From: a virus
DNA: 64,000 bases
IMG/VR virus record: IMGVR_UViG_3300045988_147882
Strand: one strand, 5' to 3'
The position numbers were made by a program, and so were the translations under genes. Below the pieces are notes generated by a model that was not told the DNA's origin, made no database searches, and saw only the letters and a program-made list of their open reading frames with translations. Positions 6,871 to 15,199 of this stretch are shown piece after piece (position 1 is the first letter of the stretch; every line of letters begins with the position of its first letter).

Positions 6871-7775
6871 TAGAGTTGGTTAAATCGAGTGTGGTTTTCT
6901 CAGAAGAGAACCACACATATTTTCTTGGTGAAAAGCAACTGAAAGGTATTACCGGAATGATAAGCCGGCAACTATTTCCCAATAAGTATAGGGATATTCC
7001 AGAATACATATTGAAAAAAGCTGCTGAAAAAGGCAGTCGTATTCATGGACAATGCCAGTTTGCTGATGTTACAGGATTACCACCCGAGAGTATTGAAGCT
7101 ATTAATTATATCAGGGAAAGAGTAAATGCCGGATATAAGGCTTTTGCCAATGAGTACACTGTTTCAGACAATGAATATTTTGCATCGAATATTGATTGTG
7201 TTTGGGAAAAGGACGAAAAAATCAGTCTTGGCGACATCAAGACTACTGCAAGCCTTGACCGTGAGTATTTGAGTTGGCAGCTATCAATCTATGCCTATTT
7301 GTTTGAACTTCAAAATCCACTAATTAAAGTTGATAAACTGTTTGGCATTTGGTTACGTGGAAATAAGTCGGAATTAGTCGAGATTGAGCGTAAGCCGGAT
7401 GCAGAGGTTAAGAGATTACTGGAGTGTGAGATTAAAGGTGAACAGTTCTTACCTAATGCTCCTGTTCCAGCCGATGAGAAGCAGCTTATTCCTATGCAAT
7501 TAGTAAATACTATTATTGATATAGAGGAACAGGCGAGTTATATCGCTGAAGTGCAGAAAGGTTATAAGGAACAGCTTAAAAGTGCCATGCGTGAGAACGG
7601 TGTTAAATCATGGGACGCCGGTCGGTTGCGTGTTAGCTATACTCCCTCTTCAACGGGTAAGAGTTTTGATGCAAAGAAGTTTCAGGAAGATCACCCGGAA
7701 CTATATTCTCAATATTTAAAAACATCAACTAAAGCGGATAGTATTCGTGTAACTATAAGGGAGGAAGGAAAATGA
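6867..7775 (+). CDS. PD-(D/E)XK family exonuclease
   Basis: ATGA overlap with the ERF gene; motif IDCVWEKDEKISLGDIKTT (D...D-x-K); typical partner of an SSAP. Confidence 0.6.
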   Translation: MIELVKSSVVFSEENHTYFLGEKQLKGITGMISRQLFPNKYRDIPEYILKKAAEKGSRIHGQCQFADVTGLPPESIEAINYIRERVNAGYKAFANEYTVSDNEYFASNIDCVWEKDEKISLGDIKTTASLDREYLSWQLSIYAYLFELQNPLIKVDKLFGIWLRGNKSELVEIERKPDAEVKRLLECEIKGEQFLPNAPVPADEKQLIPMQLVNTIIDIEEQASYIAEVQKGYKEQLKSAMRENGVKSWDAGRLRVSYTPSSTGKSFDAKKFQEDHPELYSQYLKTSTKADSIRVTIREEGK

Positions 7776-8245
7776 GTGTTAATAAAGTAATTCTTATAGG
7801 GCGTGCCGGTAAAGACCCGGATGTGAGAACATTGGACGGTGGAGCGAAAGTAGCTTCTTTATCTTTTGCTACAACAGATAAGGCGTACACCTTACAAAAT
7901 GGAACCCAGGTGCCGGAACGTACAGAATGGCATAATCTTATTTTTTGGAATAAGACTGCTGAAATAGTTGAGAAGTACGTCCATAAAGGAGATAAGTTGT
8001 ATATAGAAGGTAAGTTACGCACTCGTAACTATGACGATAGCAAAGGAGTTAAACGTTACATAACTGAAGTCTTTGTTGATAGTATCGAGATGCTTACACC
8101 GAAAGTTCAACAACAGGCTGCTCCTGTACCACCACCGTTACCAACGCAACAGCCTACACAGAGACAGCAACAACAAGTACAGCAGCCTGCATATCAGCAA
8201 CAGCCATATCAACAGGTATCACCGCCTGATGATTTACCATTCTAA
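7772..8245 (+). CDS. ssb: single-stranded DNA-binding protein
   Basis: OB-fold N-terminus (VNKVILIGRAGKDPDVR...WHNLIFW), Q/P-rich linker, acidic tip DDLPF. Confidence 0.9.
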   Translation: MSVNKVILIGRAGKDPDVRTLDGGAKVASLSFATTDKAYTLQNGTQVPERTEWHNLIFWNKTAEIVEKYVHKGDKLYIEGKLRTRNYDDSKGVKRYITEVFVDSIEMLTPKVQQQAAPVPPPLPTQQPTQRQQQQVQQPAYQQQPYQQVSPPDDLPF

Positions 8246-8247
8246 AT

Positions 8248-8667
8248 ATGGCAGAAGCTATTCTAACAAAACAAAATGGGGTAGTCACAATGGATAAGTC
8301 GTTTGACTACCTCTGTTCCACGCTCAAGAATGGAACTTACACTGTAAGCATCAAGAGAAAGGTAGAACCACGTACCCTGTCGCAGAACGCGCTCATGTGG
8401 CTGTGGTTTGCCTGTATTGAGAGGGAGACAGGCACGGATAAGTTGGATGTACATGATTACTATTGCCGGAAGTTTCTTCCACGGCAAATATGTATGAATG
8501 GAAATATTGTTTCGGTTGTTGGAAGTACTTCTAAATTGAATACGATCCAAATGAAAACTTTCATGGATAAGGTTCAGGCTGATGCTGCCACCGAATTAGG
8601 AATCAATTTGCCATTGCCTGTTGACCAGTACTATAAAGATTTTATTAATGAATACCTGCATAGGTAA
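8248..8667 (+). CDS. NinB/Orf-like recombination mediator
   Basis: RTLSQNALMWLW and GSTSKLNTIQMKTFMDKV parallel lambda Orf RSLDQNRKLW and STSRMRVGEF (recalled from memory). Confidence 0.45.
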   Translation: MAEAILTKQNGVVTMDKSFDYLCSTLKNGTYTVSIKRKVEPRTLSQNALMWLWFACIERETGTDKLDVHDYYCRKFLPRQICMNGNIVSVVGSTSKLNTIQMKTFMDKVQADAATELGINLPLPVDQYYKDFINEYLHR

Positions 8668-8691
8668 GTATTAACTCAAAGTTTAATTAAA

Positions 8692-9300
8692 ATGGATTTG
8701 AATATTTCAAAAGCAAAATTGACCAAAAAGGGATGTCTTGAAGTGGTCTATGCAGACAAGGAAGGAAACGATATTGTTTTCAAGGGGATTAATCCTGTTC
8801 ATCCGGATTTGAAGGATTCGCTAAACAAGCTCATACCCTACATTGTCGATATTACAGAACAGAAAGAATCCCAGTACATTAATTGGGAACGTCCAGAGTC
8901 ATGTCTTGAAGATGAGTTCTTCAAAAAGTTCAATGTAACCGGCGTTAGCATTGGTGGTGATTCTTCTTTTGAGGTTTGTGTGTTGACAGGTAAGCGAACC
9001 CTTATGACGAGCAAAGTCCTTAATCTTTGTTCTCCTGGTATCGGTTTCGATCCGGACAATGAATCGTATGTGCATTGTGAGGAGTTTCGTGATGCGGTTT
9101 ATAATTTCTTGTATGAAGCAGAGCTTTATGTTACAGAGAATAAATGTTCGGAGATTCAAAGGGAATTTGAATTTAAAGATGGTGAGGATCCGTTTGACAA
9201 GGTTGATGAAGCTGCTGATGCAATGAATGAAGATGGTGAAGATAACGGGATATGTTCAACAGTTGAACATCATGAATTAGTATTAGAACCTGCTTCATGA
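8692..9300 (+). CDS. hypothetical protein with acidic C-terminus (202 aa)
   Basis: ORF with ATGA overlap to the downstream SNF2 gene. Confidence 0.55.
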   Translation: MDLNISKAKLTKKGCLEVVYADKEGNDIVFKGINPVHPDLKDSLNKLIPYIVDITEQKESQYINWERPESCLEDEFFKKFNVTGVSIGGDSSFEVCVLTGKRTLMTSKVLNLCSPGIGFDPDNESYVHCEEFRDAVYNFLYEAELYVTENKCSEIQREFEFKDGEDPFDKVDEAADAMNEDGEDNGICSTVEHHELVLEPAS

Positions 9301-11033
9301 AACCAATTTATGTGACTAAGACGCCCAATCTGTACCGGATTCAGTTCGAGTATCACCCAAAGTTGGTCGAGGTCATAAAGATGATACCAAGTAAGCCACG
9401 CTATGACGGAACAGACCGGGCGTGGCTTGTTAGTATCAATGATACGCGTTATCCTATTGGACGTGATGCGAATTGGTATGTGAGAGCTTTTGCGCAATGG
9501 GCTGTTCAGATGCGTTATTGTTCTACTGTCAAGGAACGTGAGGTAACTGAAGATATTAATTATGATATTCCTCCGATGAAACCTTTTGTCGGTGAACACT
9601 ATATGTTACTTCAACCTTACGAGTATCAACTTGAAGGAGTACAGTATGCAATAGAGCACAAACGCTGTTTTTTCGGTGACCAGCCCGGATTAGGTAAAAC
9701 ATTGCAAGCCATATGTGCAGTTGTTAAAGCACATAAGGAAGCGCCCATTTATGGTGAGTCTTTTCCAGTACTTGTAATTTGCCCTGCTGCGTTGAAAGTA
9801 AACTGGCAGCGTGAGTTTAAGAAGTTCGCAGGTATGAATTCGATTATCCTTGATGACAGAAACCGACAGTCCTGGCAATCATTTTATGAGTGTAAAAAGT
9901 CTGATGGCAACCCACTTTGTGAGGTGTTCATTACTAATTATGAATCGCTTAATAAATTTTTTGTAAAAGCTGTAAATAAGGAATCCAAGCTTACAATGAA
10001 AAGTATTGCTTTCGATCAGCGTGTCTCTCTGTTTAGGTCTGTTATCATTGACGAATCTCATAAATGCAAATCAAGTAAAACTCAACAGAGCAAATATGTT
10101 GAAGGTATCTGCAAAGGTAAACGTTATATATTCGCATTGACCGGTACTCCTGTTGTTAACAATAATACAGACTTGCTACAACAGCTAAAAATATTAGGTC
10201 GATTAGAGGACTTTGGAGGTTATAGCCGGTATGTTGAAAGATATTGTGATGGTCCCAAACAGGCATCCAACGTTAAAGAGCTGAATTGGCGACTATGGAA
10301 TACTTGCTTCTTTCGTCGTGAGAAGTCAAAGGTGCTTACACAACTTCCGGACAAGACTCGTCAATACTTGACAGTTGATATCACTACCACCAAAGAGTAT
10401 AAGGCTGCCGAGGCTGATATTGTAAAATACTTGAAGAAGTACAAGAACGCTTCGGATGAACAAGTGCAGAAATCAATGAATGGTGCCGTTATGGTGCAGA
10501 TGCAGCTTTTAAAGCAGATATCTGCCAGAGGTAAAATCAAGGCTGTTTGTGAATTTGTCCATGATGTTATCGACGGTGGTGAGAAGCTGATACTTTTCGG
10601 TTACTTGAAAGAAGTTGTAGCAGAACTGAAAAAGGAATTTCCTAAAGCTGTTACTGTAACGGGTTCCGATAGTGTCAACCAAAAGCAATATGCCGTTGAC
10701 TCTTTCCAAAATAATCCGGATTGTAAACTGATTATTCTGAATTTCAAATCGGGCGGTACCGGGCTTACTTTGACTGCTGCCAGTCGTGTTGCTTTTATAG
10801 AGTTCCCTTGGACTTTCAGTGATTGCGAACAGGCAGAAGATAGAGCACACCGTAACGGTCAAAAGAACAACGTTAACTGCTATTACTTCTTAGGTAAGGA
10901 TACTATTGACAAGTATATGTATGATGTGATTCAAACAAAGAAGAACATTGCTAACGGTGTAACCGGAACGGATGACCAAGTAGAAGGGAATATGGTGAAT
11001 CTTGCAATGGACTTGTTTAGGGATAAATTATGA
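9297..11033 (+). CDS. SNF2-family DNA helicase/translocase
   Basis: Motifs GLGKTLQAI, DESHKCK, LTGTPVVNN, GGTGLTLT and QAEDRAHRNGQ. Confidence 0.9.
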   Translation: MKPIYVTKTPNLYRIQFEYHPKLVEVIKMIPSKPRYDGTDRAWLVSINDTRYPIGRDANWYVRAFAQWAVQMRYCSTVKEREVTEDINYDIPPMKPFVGEHYMLLQPYEYQLEGVQYAIEHKRCFFGDQPGLGKTLQAICAVVKAHKEAPIYGESFPVLVICPAALKVNWQREFKKFAGMNSIILDDRNRQSWQSFYECKKSDGNPLCEVFITNYESLNKFFVKAVNKESKLTMKSIAFDQRVSLFRSVIIDESHKCKSSKTQQSKYVEGICKGKRYIFALTGTPVVNNNTDLLQQLKILGRLEDFGGYSRYVERYCDGPKQASNVKELNWRLWNTCFFRREKSKVLTQLPDKTRQYLTVDITTTKEYKAAEADIVKYLKKYKNASDEQVQKSMNGAVMVQMQLLKQISARGKIKAVCEFVHDVIDGGEKLILFGYLKEVVAELKKEFPKAVTVTGSDSVNQKQYAVDSFQNNPDCKLIILNFKSGGTGLTLTAASRVAFIEFPWTFSDCEQAEDRAHRNGQKNNVNCYYFLGKDTIDKYMYDVIQTKKNIANGVTGTDDQVEGNMVNLAMDLFRDKL

Positions 11034-11218
11034 AGCCATTTAGATTAGTTATAATTGGGCAGAGAACTCATATTCAGGAATACAAGAAAGAAATGTTGTT
11101 CGGTCCTGAATGGGAAACCATAATATCCTTTGTCGGTTGCAGGAACAGGTGTAAACAAATCGTTGACCTTCTAAATGAATGTGCTACGATTTCAAAAAAC
11201 AAGCAGAAAAATGACTGA
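11030..11218 (+). CDS. hypothetical small protein (62 aa)
   Basis: ATGA overlap with the SNF2 gene. Confidence 0.4.
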   Translation: MKPFRLVIIGQRTHIQEYKKEMLFGPEWETIISFVGCRNRCKQIVDLLNECATISKNKQKND

Positions 11219-11660
11219 AGAAGATATTCGTAAATTGGAGGTGAAATATTCTGAAACCAAGATACAACACATTTGTGTAACTTGGTTCAGAGAAACGTTT
11301 CCCAATGTCGGCCCTCTACTCTTTGCTATACCAAACGGCGGCGTCAGGACAAAGAAAAGCGGTGCTATGCGTAAATATGAAGGTGCCATCGCTGGTGTTG
11401 CTGACTTGATTCTGCTTTTTCCTCGCGGTGGTAAGAGCAGTCTTTGCATAGAGATGAAAACTCCACATGTAAAAGGTAAACGTGCCGGAACGCAGTCTGA
11501 TGAGCAAAAAGAATGGCAGGCATTAGTTGAGAAATATGGCAGTGTATATGTCGTTTGTCATGGGTTGATTGAGTTCATTAATAGCGTTTGCTATTATCTG
11601 AAAGCTGACCCTCAACCTTATATAAACAATGTCTTACGGAATTATTATAAATTGATATGA
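11211..11660 (+). CDS. VRR-NUC domain nuclease
   Basis: ADLILLFPRGGKSSLCIEMKTP...SDEQKEW (D, E-x-K core); start ATG 11211 overlaps the upstream stop. Confidence 0.65.
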   Translation: MTEEDIRKLEVKYSETKIQHICVTWFRETFPNVGPLLFAIPNGGVRTKKSGAMRKYEGAIAGVADLILLFPRGGKSSLCIEMKTPHVKGKRAGTQSDEQKEWQALVEKYGSVYVVCHGLIEFINSVCYYLKADPQPYINNVLRNYYKLI

Positions 11661-12514
11661 CTTATATTGAACTTATCAATAGGTTTTGGGAACTTGACGA
11701 AAGCTGGCAATTTTCCTGCTGTGAAACGAGGCTTTATTTTTACTTGCTAAAAATTGCGAATCGTTTAGGCTGGGAGGATAACTGGACACGTAGTGATACA
11801 AAGGTGTCATCTGACGTGGGAGTGTCTGTAAAAGTATTCAAGTCCGCCCGAAATAGATTAGTTCAAGCAGGTCTTATTGAATGTAAACAAGGCAATGGAA
11901 GAGGCAATAAATCAACGTATTCTATAAAAGGTGTACAAAAAGGTATGCAAAATATACCACCTTTACGGCATCCTTTAGGGACACCTTTAGGGTACCCTTT
12001 AGGGACACCTTTTCAAGAAAGCTCCCCCATACCCCCTAAAGAAGAATATAAGACAGAGACAAAGAAAGAACCCCCTAAAGGGGGTAAGAAAGAAAGTAGC
12101 TCTGGCGAGCTTTTCCCACTCTCTAAACCGGAGAAACCTAAAAGAGTCGCAAAAGAATTTATAGCTCCTACGCTTGATGAGGTTATTCAACACTTCATCA
12201 AGCAAAATGCTCCGGAACGGTTAGATGACTGGCAAGAGCAAGCAGAAATATTCTTCAATCACTTTGACTCGATAGGGTGGAAGAATGCCAATGGAGTGAA
12301 AATAGAGCGGTGGGATTCCAAAGCAAACCTTTGGATACTGGATCGTATTCGTGAAAATCGAAAAAATGAATTAGACCATGACGGAAGAGGAAAAGAATTT
12401 ATCAAGCAAACTTCAAAATTTGATGGAGAAGGAAGCCGGCAAGCGCAAGCTGACGCTCCAACAGATAGAGAATCTGATACAAAGGCACAAAGAAAGTATT
12501 CAGAACGTTTCTGA
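11657..12514 (+). CDS. replication initiator-like DNA-binding protein (winged-helix N-terminus)
   Basis: Lies just upstream of the helicase-loader-like ATPase. N-terminal wHTH-like region, internal PLG repeats and a basic linker. Confidence 0.45.
   Translation: MTYIELINRFWELDESWQFSCCETRLYFYLLKIANRLGWEDNWTRSDTKVSSDVGVSVKVFKSARNRLVQAGLIECKQGNGRGNKSTYSIKGVQKGMQNIPPLRHPLGTPLGYPLGTPFQESSPIPPKEEYKTETKKEPPKGGKKESSSGELFPLSKPEKPKRVAKEFIAPTLDEVIQHFIKQNAPERLDDWQEQAEIFFNHFDSIGWKNANGVKIERWDSKANLWILDRIRENRKNELDHDGRGKEFIKQTSKFDGEGSRQAQADAPTDRESDTKAQRKYSERF
11959..12013 (+). repeat. 12-bp tandem repeats CCTTTAGGG(A/T)AC(A/C), 3.5 copies, inside the initiator-like gene
   Basis: cctttacggcat / cctttagggaca / cctttagggtac / cctttagggaca / cctttt. 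Confidence 0.8.
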
Positions 12515-13166
12515 ATATGACTTAACTGATACGCAAGAGTATTACAGTCATTGGAATTTAATTTCTAACCTTGGTACGGATTATACGGAACGGGAGTTTA
12601 GAAAATTTGATGTTGATGATAACAACTCTAAACTAATTCAGTTTCTTCTGTACTACTTCAACGGATGTCGGTATGCTCAAAATGTGTTTCCGGAAGAGAA
12701 TTACAAGGTTCATAAGAATCTTTTGCTTGTTGGTGAACCTGGTACCGGAAAAACAATGTTGATGCAGATTTTTGCAGATTATTTGAAACTCACTTGTAAC
12801 CCCAATGCTTTTGAAAACTTGTCTGTTACTCAAATGATGAATTATTATAAAATTCACGGGCATATTGACTTGTACACTTACAATGAGAATCAATCCAAAG
12901 GATTTAAACCAAATCCCTTTAATATCTGCTTGAATGATATCGGTCTGGAAACGGAAAATCAAAAATCGTATGGTACCAGTCTCGATTCAGTTATTGATGA
13001 ATTTCTTTATGCCCGGTATGAGATTTTTCAGCAATATGGCAAGAAGTATCATATAACATCGAATCTTGGCATAGCCGAATTTAAGAAACGTTTTGGGCCA
13101 AGATTAGTGGATCGTTTTAAAACGTTTAATGTTCTCCCCCTGTGTGGCGAGAGTCGTAGAATATAG
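12378..13166 (+). CDS. AAA+ ATPase, DnaC/IstB-like helicase loader
   Basis: Walker A LLVGEPGTGKTML; the 5' end overlaps the previous gene by 137 nt, so the true start is uncertain. Confidence 0.65.
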   Translation: MTEEEKNLSSKLQNLMEKEAGKRKLTLQQIENLIQRHKESIQNVSEYDLTDTQEYYSHWNLISNLGTDYTEREFRKFDVDDNNSKLIQFLLYYFNGCRYAQNVFPEENYKVHKNLLLVGEPGTGKTMLMQIFADYLKLTCNPNAFENLSVTQMMNYYKIHGHIDLYTYNENQSKGFKPNPFNICLNDIGLETENQKSYGTSLDSVIDEFLYARYEIFQQYGKKYHITSNLGIAEFKKRFGPRLVDRFKTFNVLPLCGESRRI

Positions 13167-13171
13167 CTACT

Positions 13172-13360
13172 ATGAAAGTTACAATTTACTGGGTTACTAA
13201 AGATTCGGATAAAATTGCTCGTATCAGAGAGCGTTTCGGTATTGGAACGTATCGAAGTGTGAACGGTGAAACGCCTGCTGAAATACGAGAAGAAGATATG
13301 GAACTTCTTCGGGAAACTGAAAGAAGAGGATTTATTCAAATACGTAATAAGCCCACATGA
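13172..13360 (+). CDS. hypothetical protein (62 aa)
   Basis: ORF only. Confidence 0.4.
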   Translation: MKVTIYWVTKDSDKIARIRERFGIGTYRSVNGETPAEIREEDMELLRETERRGFIQIRNKPT

Positions 13361-13448
13361 AAATGGCGTTAAAATGGCGAAGTTTCTGTTTGCATAACTT
13401 GTCATTTTACGATAACTTTACTGATGTAATGAATTAAAAGTCAAACCA
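13359..13448 (+). promoter_or_regulatory. Repeated promoter module copy B
   Basis: Near-identical to copy A: AAAATGGCGTTAAAATGGCGAAGTTTCTGTTTGC...TAACTTTACTGATGTAAT...AAAAGTCAAACCA. Confidence 0.6.
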
Positions 13449-13461
13449 ATATAATTAAATT

Positions 13462-15177
13462 ATGGAAGTACAAAACATTAGAATTGACCTTATTAGTCCT
13501 TCTCCTTTGAATCCGAGAAAGACTTTTGATGAAGCAGCTCTTGAAGAGCTCGCAAGCAACATTGAAAAGCAAGGCTTATTGCAGCCTATCACCGTCAGGG
13601 TAGCCAAATCCGAAGATTTTACTGACTTAGAGACTGGCGGTGTTACGACAATTCCCTGTTCGTATGAAATTGTTTGCGGTGAGCGTCGTTTTCGGGCTGT
13701 GTCACTTTTGAAAGCAAAGGAAGATGAAGCGAATGTTGCAAAAATCAAAGCCCATCGAAAAAAGTCGGAGAAATTTCAGACAATATCCTGCATTGTCAGA
13801 GAAATGACAGACGATGAGGCTTTTGAAGCGATGATTACCGAGAATCTTCAAAGAAAAGATGTTGATCCCATCGAAGAAGCTTTTGCCTTTGCGCAGTTGG
13901 CTGAGAAAGGACGGACTTTGGAAGATATTGCTCTTAAATTTGGAAAGTCTACTCGTTTTGTCTTTGACCGTATAAAGCTAAACGGTCTTATCCCGGAACT
14001 GAAAGAACGTGTAAGAAATGGAGACATACCATTATCCGGTGCTATGATTCTTTCAAAACTTGACGAAGAAACTCAAAAGGAGTTCAATGAGGAAGAAGAT
14101 GAACAATGCACGACATCTATGATACGTGACTATGTTAGTAATTCCTTTTTAGAACTGGATAAAGCGGATTGGATTAAAGAAGACGCAGACAATTGGGAAA
14201 ATGGCGAATTTAAGCAGTGCTCTCAATGTGAATCTAATACCTGTAATCATGGTTGTTTGTTCTATGAGATGAATAATAAGAATGCTCGCTGTATCAATGC
14301 TGCCTGTTTTTATAGAAAGCGGATTGCATATGTAATCCGAAAGATTCTGCTTGAGAGTGAGAATCTTGTTAAAGTAGGTGAACCTTTTTCATTCGGAAAA
14401 ACTGTTATTGTAGCAAAAGCAGAATATTATTGGAGTGATGAAAGAAAAGCACAATATGAAAGTGCTTTAGAAGCCGTAAAGCAACTTGGATTTGAAGTAG
14501 TTAATCCAGATGAGGTGTTTAGGAGTTTATGTTATTATAGTGCTGATGATGAACGGACACTAAAAATGCTTGATGAAGGTGAAATTTATCGCTGTATCTC
14601 ATTCTTTGGTAATTATAATCCAGAATTTAATGTAAAATTCTATTACACAAAGAAAGAACTGGTTTCTAGTACTGCCGCTGTTGCCGATCTAAAAGAGATA
14701 GAAAGGGAAAAAATAAACGCCCAATTAAAAAGAGCGAAGGATATAGTCAAGGAGAAGTCTGCTGAAGAAATGCGCAAGTGGGCGCAAGAGAAAACATATT
14801 ATCAGAGAACAAAAGAATTCTCTGAAAATGAACAACTTGTTTTTGATGTGCTGGTTCTTAGCGGTTGTAGCAGTACTTATCTTGAAAAACTGAATTTGAA
14901 AAAATGGAATGGTGAGAGTGATTTTGTAAATTATGTCAAGAACAACCAAGCTGACCGACACCAATGGTATAGAGCCTTTATTGCTGAATGCTTATCATCG
15001 AATAATGTGAATTTCTGCTCCTATTTGCAAAAGTGTCAGAAAATCCTTTTTGCAGAACAATATCCGGATGATTACAATGCGCTAACAAAGAAACTTGCAG
15101 ATTCATATAGCAAGAAAGAGATGAAGCTCAAACAGCAACTCGAAGAACTTAATAACGATAACACAGAGGAAGCCTAA
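13462..15177 (+). CDS. ParB N-terminal domain protein (571 aa) with a long unknown C-terminal region
   Basis: IDLISPSPLNPRK, GLLQPITVR and the CGERRFRA motif. Confidence 0.8.
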   Translation: MEVQNIRIDLISPSPLNPRKTFDEAALEELASNIEKQGLLQPITVRVAKSEDFTDLETGGVTTIPCSYEIVCGERRFRAVSLLKAKEDEANVAKIKAHRKKSEKFQTISCIVREMTDDEAFEAMITENLQRKDVDPIEEAFAFAQLAEKGRTLEDIALKFGKSTRFVFDRIKLNGLIPELKERVRNGDIPLSGAMILSKLDEETQKEFNEEEDEQCTTSMIRDYVSNSFLELDKADWIKEDADNWENGEFKQCSQCESNTCNHGCLFYEMNNKNARCINAACFYRKRIAYVIRKILLESENLVKVGEPFSFGKTVIVAKAEYYWSDERKAQYESALEAVKQLGFEVVNPDEVFRSLCYYSADDERTLKMLDEGEIYRCISFFGNYNPEFNVKFYYTKKELVSSTAAVADLKEIEREKINAQLKRAKDIVKEKSAEEMRKWAQEKTYYQRTKEFSENEQLVFDVLVLSGCSSTYLEKLNLKKWNGESDFVNYVKNNQADRHQWYRAFIAECLSSNNVNFCSYLQKCQKILFAEQYPDDYNALTKKLADSYSKKEMKLKQQLEELNNDNTEEA

Positions 15178-15199
15178 CGGTTTCCTCTCTTTATTTGAA

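Noticed and set aside
12378-12514. 137-nt overlap between the initiator-like gene and the DnaC-like gene as a programmed frameshift
   Set aside because: No slippery heptamer or downstream structure was seen. An alternative downstream start or a genuine overlap is simpler.
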